Origin: Camelus ferus
Taxonomy: Eukaryota
DNA length: 64,000 nucleotides
Direction: 5' to 3'
Assembly: GCF_009834535.1 (NCBI RefSeq)
Contig: NC_045697.1
Location: 103,604,001-103,668,000 of the forward strand
Shown in pieces: positions 12,776-25,940 of this stretch; within the stretch, counting starts at the first letter, position 1; each line of letters begins with the position of its first letter. The position numbers and the translations under genes were made by a program. The notes beneath the pieces were generated by a model, which saw only the letters and a program-made list of their open reading frames with translations, searched no databases and was not told where the DNA came from.

Positions 12776-14544
12776 TTTTCCTTACTAAGCTGTAAGCTTC
12801 TTAGGGTCAGCGACTGTTTCCTCTTCACCTCTGAACATCTCATAGCGCTTACAAAGGGAAAGCACAGAATGAGTGGATTTGTGATTTTCCAGCTCCCATC
12901 ATAAAGTTACTGTGCAGGCAGACACCCCCTCTCCCCTACATTCATTAACTAGAGACCAAAAAAAAAAAGCCATAATTTAAAAAACCAAACAAACTTACTC
13001 GAAAGAGTTTTCTTTTTCAAGTAAAATTTAAATATAGGCCTCTTTTCATCTTGCTATCACGGCGGTAATATAAATGAAGCAAATTAATTTTAATGCTCCC
13101 AGGTACTGATTCTGTGTCACCACGGTTGACAGGATCCGACGAGACTTTATGAGCTGGCGTTTGACTTTATGGAAGTGAACACTACGCACGCATTTACAAT
13201 TTTACAGGGACTTTAAGCTGTCATGCTGAAAAATGTTTATAAAACATTAATCAAAAAATGCCTCTTTAATACAATGCATTGTCTGAAAGATGTTAGAAGG
13301 CGCATATTGTAAATGGATTCTTTTTCTGACTAAAGTAATTTCCACCAAAAGCCTTCCCCCTCTGCTCTGCAAGGACACCGTGTGGAGAGATGAAGAGTGC
13401 GTTCCCTGAGCGCTGCTACCTGATCCGAGCACTGGGGAAATCACTCATGTGCAGCGTGCCACGGTCCCATGTCACACATGACACATTCGTCTAAAATTAT
13501 CCAACAGAGTTTGACACGGCGGCATATTCCATAAGCAGGGCTTTCAACTGACATCTGCCAAGTAGGAACTTCAAGTGAGAGCTTTCTTCTTCTAACAAGC
13601 AAGTAAGGGGTTTCTTTTATCCTATACCCAGGATGGAGAGGATAAAACAATACGTCCAAGAGCAAGGTTTCCCCCGCCCCCGTTTTAAATATGTTTATTT
13701 TATAGTCCCTGAATTAGAAAATTCCCTTTGTATCGGTGCTCAAGTTTCAACAGTTACCAGTTTCTATTGGATGGACAGTTTTAAATTTTTCCCTGAGAAA
13801 CAGACATTTGTCTTCCTAGATTAAATATGGAGCTTTATATATCTCCCACTGAAGGCTGCTCTTTTGTTCACCATATAAAACCATCGACTTTATAGCATTG
13901 TTCAGAGTTTACTTACTTGTAGATACACAATGTTCTCACCATCTATTCATTTTTTTCATTCATTCATTCAAAAAATACTTTGAGGGCCTTTGCTGCACGT
14001 GACTTGCTGTGCCCGGTGCCTGAGGATGTAAGGAGATTAACACAGACAAGGTCCCTTGCCTCCCCGGGGCCTGTTTCCTGTAGCTCTTGCCCCGATCACC
14101 TCATCTGTCCCCTGTCCAAGGGGTGAGTGTGGCACAGCCAGTGTCACCCCTTCCGTCACCGGCCTGCCCAGTTTCTACAACTCTAAGTTTGCAGCTCATC
14201 TGTGACTAAGCCCATTTGTCTTTCTACTTGTAGATCAAGTCACCACATTCTGGAGACTGCTCTTCTCCATCTAGCATTCTCCTCCTCCCTCCGTCTTCAC
14301 TGCTGCCTTCCTAATTCAGTCCCTCCTAAGATCAAGCCGAATTAGTCTCACCGCCTCCTGACATAACCCCATCTTCAGACTCTCCCCTTCATCAATCCTG
14401 CAAACCACAGTTAGATTAATCTTCCTACAACCCACATTAATTAAAGCCAATACCCGGCTCAAGAATTACAATGACTTTCCAGCGCCCATTCATCAAATCC
14501 TCTCCCTCTTCAACGTCAGTCAAGAACAGTCGCCACTTCCGCCA

Positions 14545-14750
14545 TTTTGTAAGTACCTTGCCTGCATTATCTCATTTAATCCTTACAAGAGTCCTAGGAA
14601 GTAGGTGGCAATTTTCCCATTTGAACAGGAGGAAGCTGAGGTTTTGAGCACTTAAGTGACTTGCCTGACATCATGCGTCTGTTAGGTGGCAGAGGCAGAA
14701 TTAGACCACAGTCTATTTACTTCTGAACACTAACCTATGTTAACTCCATT
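14545..14750. mobile_element. MIR relic
   Basis: tgcattatctcatttaatccttacaa...cccattt...gaggaagctgagg...taagtgacttgcc. Confidence 0.75.
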
Positions 14751-15835
14751 AAACCACATTCTCAGATGCCAATTGCTGTCATGATTCAGGCTTAGCACTT
14801 TCCTGTCTCTGTAAAAGCTGAGCCCTTCCTGGATCTTGTCCCTTCTCTCTAGATGACTTAATCCTATGGGTTCGTTTGGGCTCAGCTTCCATTCTCCTCC
14901 ACGGTGAAGGCGGCCTCCCTACTGGTTTCTTCCTCTTTTGAAGATACACCTCTCTTCCTAGGTGTAGCCCATAATTTAGCATTTCCTTATGTTGTCTTTA
15001 TTTTCTTTTGTGTAGGTTTTGTTTTCCCCTGAATTTAGGCAAAATCTTATACTTTTCATCTCCTGCAGTGTTTAAGCACAGGACTGGTCCTTAATACGTA
15101 AATGACTGATTATTTACGAACAGGCGCTAAAGCAATGTTTCCCAGTGAAACAGACAGGACAGGAACAAATACTAGTTGCTGCTTTACTGGACTGTGAAGG
15201 AATCGTTCACACCCCCTCTGGGAGAGGGCTGTATTTCATAGGAGAAAAATATATTCGATATGGCAGGAAGGAAAGAAACCGGGCTGACCAAGGAATCCAG
15301 AATTTGAAGTGAGGATTAATTGTGGAGTAGGACAGGAAATATATCAAAAAACACCCTTTGTGTCTTTGGAAGTTGAATATTACTCTTACTTTCCCACTTT
15401 GCTAAGAGATAGTGTACTCCAGTCACCTGGATGATTTCCTGTCTTTCAAAGATTCATTCGCTTGAATTCACATGGCTTGTTTTCCATTTAAATGCCTTCT
15501 CAGACTTTCCAGCGAGTTCTGGAGAGAGCTGCTGGCAAATCTGGACTCCAGTTGCTTCTCTCTTTAGTCGTCATGGAGATTTCCCACTTTTGTTTAGTTT
15601 GTTCTTAGTTAGAAACATCCATAATTTTACTATCTAAATGTCCTACACATTGTTTTTTGAGTTCTCTCTCTTTCTTTGTAATGAATCTCTCAGTTTAAAA
15701 GCCCATATTTGCCTTTAAGAGTCATTGGGATAGATGGCCTCCACCATAATGTAATCCCGGAAGGCAGTCACCGTGAGGGGGATGCAGCCACTCTTTTCCG
15801 GCATCACTAAATGCCAATCTGTGTCCCCTTCCCCA

Positions 15836-15836
<1 letters not shown>

Positions 15837-15870
<34 letters not shown>
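15837..15870. repeat. (CA)n microsatellite
   Basis: About 17 CA units. Confidence 0.95.
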
Positions 15871-15873
<3 letters not shown>

Positions 15874-17989
15874 TTTCTCTTCAGAGACAAATAGTCACAG
15901 AAAGTCAAACTCACTGGCACTGATTAATCTCAATTACTAAACAAAGGGGCAATTATATGCCATTTCTAGAATACGAAATGTTGCCATTATAAAGTACAAC
16001 AACAGTTTTGGAATTTGATTAGAAAAGGCTTTCAGCTAGGATGATCCTGAAGCAAGCTAATTTTCAGTACGATAGCTGTCATTTCATGCCGCAGTTTATA
16101 ATTTATTATTTCCAGTAGCCTGTGCAAGGCAGTACAATGTGGCCCTTAACAAGCCAAATACAGGATGCAGAGAACCCTGGGTTGGAATCTCATGTGAACC
16201 ACATACCACCTGTTATCTTGGTTGGGCAAGTTATTTAACCTCAGTTTTCACATCTGTAAAATGAACCTACTTTGTAGGTTTTTTTTTTTTCCTTAATAAA
16301 CAGTAAGTGAAACAATACTCAATGTCTGACAAGTAGTAAGTCTTCAGACAACTTTCCAGGTGCAGTGAATAAACGGGCACCCACCCACCCCTTGCCTTCA
16401 TGGAATTCATGCTCTTACTGACTGGGGAGGGAAGGCGGCCGGCCCTGTGCCAGAGCCGGGCAAAGCGCGGACTCCGCCCAGCAACGGTCACAGCCCAGGC
16501 CAGGGAGGAAGGCAGCGCAGCACTGCTGTCTAGGAAAATAGATGTTGGGCAAAATGGATTCAGTGAATATTTGGGTTATTCTTATTTGTGTCTCTTTTTT
16601 AGAGTGCGTAAAAAGGCAGGCCGCCCACTTCTGGGTTGATGAGGATGGCTCGGCTTGCTGTCCATCCAAGGGAGACCTGCGAGATATGGCCAGGGCCATC
16701 CCAAGGTGTGGCCTGTTGGGTGGTGGCCACATGATGTTTAGCCTGCTCAGCCCCAGAGTTACATTCTGCCTGTAATTCTGGCTATTCTAGAACTTCTCCT
16801 GAAACCATCTGGAATGTTCCAAAGACTGGCAAGTCCACTCCCTGCAGATCCCGTTAGGAAGGGTGACAGGAGGTCATGGACCATGTGACCCACTCTCATT
16901 CACTTCCATCTAAGTGACTCGTCTTCTGCACAAATTCTCCAATGTATTTCACTATGCAGGTTGGGCTGCCTTTGCCTGGCCAATGATTTACACTGTGTTT
17001 GCTTCCCTGTTCTTTCCATGTCATTCTATCCATAACTGAAAACGGCCACACAGCATCAAGACCTCTATGGTTGCTTTATGAGACACAGAAGAAAAGATTT
17101 TTGTCCTTTTTCTCAAGAGAGTCATCCAAAGTGAGCTACAACTAAATAATATATGCAAATAAGAGCTCTCCAGTTTTCTCTGTGTCCCAGTGGTAGGTTC
17201 CGGAAACCCACGCGGACTAGGGCATTTCCAAATCGCTGAACACAAAGGCAACAGCAGCGGCTCCAGGACGGCTAACAACCCCCTTGGCTAGACCTCTGGC
17301 AGAAAAATAGGACAACCTTGTATCAGTTTAACAGATAAGTACAACTGGAATTTTAACTTCCAACCTCTGGGGCTTCAAAAACGTCCTATGGTTATCTCTG
17401 TAGATAGCACACAAGAGGGACAGGGACACTTGGAAATCCACACAGGAGATGCCAGCAAACATGCTTCACACATTGGACTCAAACATCCCCTCTGCTGTCC
17501 TGATGGGGGCTCTCCCGCCACCCCTCCCCTCTACAGTTAGGGAGACTTTACAACTCAACTGACTTCTTTCCTGGTGTGGTCAGGAGCTATTTAGCTGTGC
17601 TAAATTGATGTTTGTGTAGAACTTTCCTAAGAGATTTATCCTTCCTTCACGTTTCAAAACCAGAATTCAAAAATATACTATATTTTAAAAACACAGAATA
17701 TAATAATATATAAAAATATACCTCCCTTTATCCAAAAGGGAGGGCTAGGCTTGAAAGAGCAGGTAAATGAACAAGGCTGCCAACTAGAATGTCTTGAGAC
17801 CATTATTAAGAGAAAGGAACAATCTTTCTAGGAATCAAATTTTAGGAAAAAAGAGCAGCGTTCATGTTTTAGTCTTTCAGCCATCCCACCTGATGCAGGA
17901 CTTCAGAAGCCCTATTTGGGGTTCATGGACATTTTTGGCCTTATTTGTACATTGGTATACAGAACACTGATTGTAGAAAATAATTATCC

Positions 17990-18220
17990 AGGGCTCATGG
18001 TGGGTCAGGCACTACTATGAGAGTGTGCAAACAGGGACTCACTCACGCCTCACATCTACGATGTGAGTAAGGCTACTGTTATAATCTCCATTTTTCAGAT
18101 GAGAAAACTGAGGCAGCAGATGAATAAAGGTCTCGCCAAGATCCATGCACAGCTAGCGACAGGATACAGCTAGGATGTGAATACGGACAGGCGGGCTCCT
18201 GTATTCGGTGCCGTCTACCA
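17990..18220. mobile_element. MIR relic
   Basis: ctccatttttcagatgagaaaactgaggc core. Confidence 0.7.
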
Positions 18221-19917
18221 CACTACCCGCCCAAAATGGTAATCTGTGAGAGGACTCAGGAACCCGAGGGATAAGAGATGCTTGATAATATTAACACACC
18301 ATAATGGAGGGTGACAACGGCAGGAATTTAATATTCACACGAGAAAGTGCTGCGAAGGAGGGAGGCCCACCTTTCAACAAAGCTGCTTACGTGGCCTTGA
18401 CTCGCTCTGAATGAAAGTTGGCTGATGACCATTTTCTGACCATTTTGAGCCCATTAGGAAAATTAAAGATTGTGTTGTAGCCGTTGGTAACCTGGGCTGT
18501 CATCCTACCGATTCGCTGAAAGTTTTATCTCAATACAGAGGCGAGAAAAGACCAAAATGAGCAGCTGGTGTTATTTCTGTTCTGAAACAGGTACGGTCTG
18601 ATTGGAAAAGATGTTTAATGAATGGCTTGGGCCGGCTCACCAGATGCTGACAATGAAACATTTAACTCTACCAACTGAAGGTTTCTGCCTTGGAAGATTA
18701 GGTACAGCCTCACCTGTCTGACAGCATTGTAGGAGTAATTAGCAGCCAGGGAATTCGAGAATGCATTACAGCGTGGAGCCAGGGAGCCTCTATTCGGATG
18801 CTGGCTGTGGCTTCCGGGAGGGGGTCGCCATATTTATGGAGCCAGGTGGGAAGGAAGTGGAGGGAGATGACTTTTTTCCTTTGCTGGGCTGTGAGGGGAG
18901 AGTCGTTTGTCTTCCAAAGAGAAAATCTGGCTGGTGTTCACAATCACAGGATGCGAAACATCAAAAATAGAATGAGAATTTCATACGATGAAAATCCAAG
19001 GTCATCGGAATAGATTTCACATGGTCCCCAGCACAGAACTGGCCCCATCTGACTGGCTCTGGAAAAGCCTCGCCTAGGTTTACAGACTTTTTAAAGATGT
19101 GTTTTTATATAAATGAAGGAAAAACACTTGAACTCTTCAAGTCCGAGCCAATGAGAAGGATGATGAGCAGGAGACACATTTTCAAGGATTCTGCCACAGC
19201 TTCTGATACCCTGAACTCTGTTTTCTTGGAAGATTCTGCAGTCACAATCTTATCAATGGACAGTGGAAATTCCCAAAAGCGTCCAAACCTTAGTTAAGTA
19301 GTAAATGTGAGTAAACATGACTCAAATGCATATTAATTATTTTTAACACACATTTTTGGTTTTGTCACCATGACCACTAATCACCCTCTGTGGTAATTTT
19401 CTTCTTAATGGTACCGTGTATACAATAAATGTAAGCCATAGAAGAGCCGTCTTCTGACACAAAAGAACAAGGCAGTTTTGATTTGGGGATTAGAAATCAG
19501 AGTTATTTGTCCTTAAATCCATCTCTCTTAAAAAAGACAGATACGTTTCTGTGGTTTAACTTGGCTAGATGGTATCCTGCTAATCTACTCCTGCCTTTTA
19601 TTTATTTTCAATGATATAAAAATCAGGGAGCTAAGACCTCATTTAGAAGAATTTTAGGCCAAGGAAGAAAATAAAAAAAAACAAATAAAACCCCTGGTAT
19701 TTCTGGAAACCATGAGGTTTTTCTAAGCCCCTTGGTTTTTTTTAAACTCTGAACACTTAACATATCGAATCACAATGCAGAGAACTGTGGTTTTCACCAA
19801 TCAGCACAAACAAGTGGCCCATTTTATCAACTAACGAGCAGGTGTCCTCCTACCTTGCACCCTTTCTGGAGCGCAGTGGAGCGTGCGCAGGTGCAGACAC
19901 AGGAAGTAGCCTGATGC

Positions 19918-20083
19918 CGCGGTTCTCAGCGCCAGCGCTACGTCAGAATCACCTGGGTGGCTTCAAAACACTGTGACCCCTGGGTCTATCCTGAGAGATT
20001 CTGAGGTAACAGGTATGGGGAGGGTCCAGGCAGAGTTCTGCACAGCTCCTAGGTGATTCCAACGTAAGCCTGGTTGAGAAGCT
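19918..20083. mobile_element. MER5A/MER5A1-type DNA transposon
   Basis: gcggttctcag...cagaatcacctggg...gattctga...ctaggtgattcc...gttgagaa. Confidence 0.75.
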
Positions 20084-20149
20084 GGGTCTGGTAACAAGGG
20101 GGAGCAGGAGGACTCTGGATGTTTCTGGAGGGAGACAGACGGCCACTCA

Positions 20150-20340
20150 TTGTGCGCTGGCTCTACCTCTGTGCTCACTGTGGAAACGGGTGAGTTACTC
20201 GACCTCTCTGAGGCTTGGTTTTCTGGCGAGGACAATGGATCAGTAAGAGCTATTGCGCAGAGCTGTGGTGAAGATTAAATGAGATAACATGGCAACCCAC
20301 ACGTCTAACACAGAGCCTGGCGCGTAGTAGGAGCCTTATG
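20150..20340. mobile_element. MIR relic
   Basis: gggtgagttactcgacctctctgag...gtgaagattaaatgagataa...cagagcctggcgcgtagtagg. Confidence 0.7.
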
Positions 20341-20618
20341 ACTATCAGAACCTTCTCCTTTAAATGTGTCAAACTGGCTTCCTGTCTCCTCTCTGATCAA
20401 ATGTTCGCCTCAACCTTGTGAGACAAGAGAAAAATACAGGCTAGCTAGCTTGTATGTCTGGCTGATTTCAAATTTCACATCATTTTACTATCAAAGTAAT
20501 TTCATATCTTCCCTAACCCAGGAGTGCCTGAGGGCCTGGTGCTCAGAGGTCTTCTCTCCTCTATCTACCCATCCCTCGGGGGTCTCCTGCCGCCTAGTAG
20601 CTTAAAATAACAACCACA

Positions 20619-20960
20619 TGTACAAATGAACTTATTTACAGACCAGAAATAGACTCACAGACATACAAAACAAACTATGGTTACCAAAGGGGAAAGGGGT
20701 GGTGGGGGGAAGGATGATTAGGATGATTAGGAGTTTGGGACTGACAGATAAACACTACTATATATATAATAGATAAATAACAAGGGCCTATTGTATAGCA
20801 CAGGGAACTATATTCAATATCTCATAGTAACCTGTAATGGGAAATAATCTGAAAAAGAATATATATATCTGTATACATGTAACTGAATTACTTTGCTGTA
20901 CACCTGAAACTAACTCATCATTGTAAATCAACTAGACTTCAATAAAAATTAAAAAAATAT
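20619..20960 (+). mobile_element. 5'-truncated L1 3' end (artiodactyl-type 3' UTR)
   Basis: acaaatgaacttatttaca...ggttaccaaagggg...gcacagggaactatattcaat...ttgtaaatcaacta...aataaaaa. Homologous to the other L1 ends in the window. Confidence 0.85.
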
Positions 20961-21029
20961 ATAAAAGAATTCTAAAAAGAAAATTGAAACACTATTTTAA
21001 AAAAAAAAACAAAAAACCCAAGCCCCCAA

Positions 21030-22020
21030 ACATCTATATACTGAAAATTCTGGCCTGGACCAGAATTCCAGACTCATAAAGCCAGCTCTCCACTGGATGT
21101 TGAAAAGACATCTCCAACTTGACATGTTCAGGATGGAACTCTTGATCTGCCCTGGACTCCTCTCCCACGGCTCAAATCTGTCCCTCTGTGATCTCATCCA
21201 GTCTAGTGAGTGGCAGCTCCGTCCTTCTAGTCCCTCAGGCTGAACCCCTGGGATTCACCTTTGATTCCTCTTTCTCTTACATCCACATCCAATTCGTCAG
21301 CAAATCCTAGGAGTTCTGCATTCGAAATACAACCAGAATCCAAGGCTTTTCGCCACTTCCACCGCTACTACCTTTAACCAAAGCACCCTAAGCTCTCATC
21401 TGGATTCGAGGCTCCTAACTGGCTTTCCTGTTTCTCGCCACTGTGCCCTTCTACCCAGCCAAGCCCAGTCCAGCAAGTGGAAGCTGGATTTTGTCACTTG
21501 TCCACTCACACCTCTCCAGCTTCCCCTCTCCTCTGCAATCAGGGCAGGTCCTCACATGATACCACCCACTCCTCTCCCATTTTTTTTTATCCACTAGAAC
21601 CCTTCCCTCGCTTATTCTGCTCCCTGAACACGGGCACCTTCCTCTTCTTCCAACTTGCTAAGCACAACTTTGCCCTCACTGTTCCCTCTGGTGGGAACCT
21701 CCTTCCTCTGACTATCACATGGCTTGCTCCCTCTTTCCTTCAAGTCTTTGATCCAAAGCCCCTTTAAGCCTAAAGGTCCCCACCTCCATCTGGAACTCCC
21801 CATCCTCCTTTCTGGTTTTCTTCTTCTCCCCAGCACTTCCCATCATCTGATGCACCATGTGTCTAAGTGTTTGTCTGTTTAACCTGGCTAGAGAGGAGGC
21901 TGGATAAGGCTGAGAACTTTGTTGTGTTTTGTTCACTGCTATCTCTCGCCCTCCCAAACTCCGCCTGCCCTAAGGGCCTAGGACAGTGTCTGGCAAAGAG
22001 TAGGCACTAAATATGCACTT
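21030..22020 (+). mobile_element. L2 LINE relic (3' portion)
   Basis: cactggatgt...catctccaacttgacatg...gaactcttgat, ttgattcctctttctct...acatccaat...agcaaatcct, ending tgttcactgct...ctaggacagtgtctggca...gtaggcact. Typical L2 3' end; boundaries approximate. Confidence 0.75.
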
Positions 22021-22307
22021 GTGGAACCAACGTGCGAATAAAGTAAGTGATTCTCATTGGCACCAGGGCTTCCTGCACATTTTTGCACTCGCTGTTAGTT
22101 GCAGAGAACTTGGTTTTTATTATATGAATATTTAGAAAGCTTGCTGTAGCAGCACCAGGGTAGTACCAGCACACAGGGGAGAGTATTTGTACGGAGAGCA
22201 AACTGCAGCAATGGCAGTGGGAAGTGTCACTGCTCTGATCCCATTACTGTGCCCAGCTTCAGGACAGATGACTTTCCAAACGAGCTGGCTTCTGTGGGCC
22301 CAGGATC

Positions 22308-22430
22308 GGGGGGTGGGGGAGGTAATTTGGTTTATTTATTTAATTATTTTTTAATGAAAGTACTGGGGATTGAACCCAGGACCTCGTGCATGCTAAGCAT
22401 GTGCTCTACCCCTTGAGCTATACCCTCCCC
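22308..22430 (-). mobile_element. tRNA-derived SINE (Vic-1-like), long form
   Basis: Intact A and B boxes on the minus strand, with the (taaa)n-ccaaattacctcccc tail. Confidence 0.9.
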
Positions 22431-23869
22431 AAAGATCTCGGGGGCCCAGGAATCTATTGATCTTATGTCCAATTTTATACCTCCTTCTGTCCCCAGGGTA
22501 ACTTGTCAAAAACTTACTGCGTGCCCTATGGCTTTAAAAAACAGGCAGTTAACTTTAACATCTGGCTGGAGGCATTTGGATGGGACTATAGATGGGCACA
22601 AGGAGGTCGTGGGTGTCACCTCATTCTACAGCCGTGGATTCCTTGATTCTTGCATGGAGATGGCTGACATTAAATCCACACAAACTGGTTTATAGCATCT
22701 GGCTCCATTAAGGGGGTTTCTGGGAAGAGGCATGGCCAAATAGTTAATGGGAGAGATGCAACTCTGAAACAGTGATTGTTATTCATCAGTCTCCGTCTGC
22801 AAGCTGAGATTGAGAGGTAGAGGCTTCAAGTGAAGGAGATCTCCTGGGTGAGACTCTTCACTTCAAACACAGAAAACAACTGTTGTTCTGTGATGCACAT
22901 TTTAGTACTGCTAGAGGCAAACTTTCTAAATATTAATAATGATAATAATACTAGACAATCCCCTCTGCAACTGACAACGGGTGCAGAGATGAATAGGGAG
23001 CAGTGGGAAACGGGCCGCTGTCGGCTCTCCTGATGTGGCAAAGGACGTGCTTGAGGACAACGAAGAAATGTGTGCCTGTTACTTCCCCTTTCAGAAGATG
23101 GGGCACATAAAAGGACTCAGATAAGGATAACTTTCAAATAGTAGGTGTTCTGAAATTATTTTAAAGATGCCTAAATTTAAGCCTCAGCTTGCCAGGAAGA
23201 CACGGTCTTAAAGGAAGAAAGCCCCAGTTTGGGGGTGAGTTTTTGGTATGATGGGCACTAAATGGATGCTTTCCTTTTGCTTAGCTTATACCTTGAGAAA
23301 CACTGGCCTACTTCCACATCCAAACGCCGTGCTTTCACCAGATCCATGCAAAGGAAACTCAAGAGAGCACTTGGAGGCAATAATAAGGGAACCACCACCA
23401 CAGATGAGAAGAATGGGTACAGGTTTTTACCCCTCCTGGACATGACCATGAAGTCATAGAATGAAGTGGGTGAGTCCTAGAAATCAGGGTCTAGTACCTA
23501 CTCAGTTTTTGTGTGTTTTTTGATTTTGTTGTTTATCTTTTCAGTACTTAGTGGTGTGTCATAAGCCTCTATGTCCTAAGCATCTCATTTTGGCTAATGA
23601 TGATATAAAAAGTGTCTAAAAGTGGGGTACATCACAGCCAGGCTAAAGTTTAAAAAACCTCAACAACCTAGCTTGGCTCCAACTGGTTCCCACCATCGTG
23701 AAAAGGCACACACACAAAATCTGACTGAACGCTCTGCCAGGTCAAACGCCTGCCTAAGAACCGGGGTGGGGGAGCCAGGGTCTCTGGAAGTGGCGAGGTG
23801 ATGACGGGTGTATGGACTATGGTGACTTTTACACTTCTGTGTGCATCATACCCTTTTTTGTAACGTGTT

Positions 23870-24008
23870 ACCAAAATCAGGCTCCAAGGTCTTACTCTTA
23901 AAAATTCTGAATCAGTAGGCCTCCGTTAAGGCCCAGTAATCTACATTTTTTTTTTTTGAAGGAAGTAATCTGCTATATACTTAAGGGCTGCCCTTTGAGA
24001 AATGCTGA
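23870..24008. mobile_element. Degraded MER5-type fragment
   Basis: attctgaatcagtagg...ggcccagtaatctacatttt...ctttgagaaatgctg. Confidence 0.55.
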
Positions 24009-25786
24009 TCTTCTGGTCCCTCTGAATGACTCAAGGTTCTACAGCTAGCAGTGAAATCTTTCAAAATCAGGGTATTAGTGAACGTTAGAACTAGAAGGCT
24101 CCCAGAGAGATCACCTGGCCTAAACTGTCCGTGCGTAGTAACCAAGGGCTGATGCCAGAAGCCGGGTTTCACAGCAGAGAACCTTCTGCAAAACTCTCCT
24201 CATCACTCGGCACAGCGGCCAAGAGTCAGACCTGGCTGGACGTCCTGCTCTGCCACCTGGGGTCACGCGACTTGGGCAAGTGGTGTGCCCTTGGGATCTC
24301 ACTTCCTTTATGGGGGTCACCGTGGGAGTGATGGGAGCTGATGCACGGCATGGACGTGACCTACACCAGGCTGGTCAGGCGTCCCTAAGATCCAGAGTCC
24401 TTCGGGCAGACAGTGTGTAGTGGCTAAAGACGTTTTAAGGGTAGGTGAAGATCCCCTCCATCCCCTTGCCAGCAGCTCTGAAAAGTAAGCTGCCGTACAT
24501 ACGTGCATTTTTAACACAACACGTATTAGCAGTCAAGCACAAAAGCAGTTTCAGCAAACCTATCGTGTCTGTCAGCTAAAGTCCCAGCCCTGACCTTTCA
24601 AGTGCTCCCACCAGCACCTGGCAGAAGGAGGCATCTCAAGGCACCGAGGCTACAGTCCAGAGCAGAGTTCAGTGACCCTGACAGTCAGCCTCAGGTGACT
24701 ACCGGTCCTCCAGACAGAGGCTGGGCACAAAACCGGGTAGTGATCAGGCCTCCCGCACAGCCCTGGGGATTTCATACTCAGGCTATAGGATTTGCTAGAT
24801 TCTTTCAGAAAGTGGGAAGCGTGTCTCTATAAAGTTTTTAGGCAGTCTGCGTATCAGTGAGGGTCCGTTTACTGTATTTACCATGCAAAGCAACAAGTCA
24901 GTAATTTCATCAATAAAAACCTATTTCTGAATTTATTATGCTAATTAGCAAAGTCGCTGGTTAAGAGAGATACACAGGCATCTGTTGTAGCTGCCACTGG
25001 GGTGCTTTCTTACTGCACACGCCAGTGAGAGTTCTCCATCAGAGCGGTGGGCTGTCCGGGGCTCTGAAATCTACACCGTCACCGTGAAGTATTGTCACGT
25101 AACCAAGTCCTGTAACACGCACTTCGCACAGGGTTCGCCTCTTAAGTACCTAATTAATGTTCACTGTTATTATTACTAACTGAAAACATGTTGAATAGAG
25201 AAAAAAATAATTAAAAAATAAATCAACAAAAAGTATAGAAACTCTATTATATAAGCTGGATTAATGAATTCTGAATGGAGCTGATCTTACTGCAAATCAA
25301 GATTTATTCCTAGTTTGAACTTATTAATTTAGTTCTGATTCCTACTTGGTATCAGAAATTTGGCTTAAAGTTCAGTGGAAAAGGGACAGTAGTAGCCAAA
25401 GCCTACATGGTCACTATTTGAGGAAGGCGATAAAATTTCACCAAGCAAGATATAACGTCGTATTTTTCAGACCTTGGATTATGACCCCATTAATGAGTTG
25501 TTAAATCACTTGAATGGGTTTTTATCTACCACTTGGCTAGAATATGGGATGTATCACATAAAGTAAGAGTGAATGTTGTTTTGTAAAACTTTTACACACA
25601 TGCAAATGTTTTCTGGATCACACTGTCAAAGGTATTTCTAACTGCAGATTGCGGTTAAAAACTTCTAGCAGTCCCTGGCGAAGGAAAACGTGGAGAAAGA
25701 GCAGAAAGAAGCGTGGGGGTATCAGGGCAGAGGTCTTGGCGGACGCTGAGTATGGCGGACATCTCCTGCTGTAACATTAAGAAGAT

Positions 25787-25940
25787 GGGGCTTAGGTATA
25801 GCTCAGTGGTAGAGTGTCTGCCTAGCATGCATGAGGTCCTGGGTTCAGTCCCCAGTACCTCGCTTAAAAATAAGTAAATAAATAAACCTAATTACCCCCT
25901 CCTTAAAATAATAAGAATAGATAAAATAAAAAGGAACAAA
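25787..25940 (+). mobile_element. tRNA-derived SINE (Vic-1-like), long form
   Basis: ggtatagctcagtggtagag...gggttcagtcccc...taaataaacctaattaccccc plus an A-rich tail. Flanks are aagaagatggg and aagaagaatggg. Confidence 0.9.
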
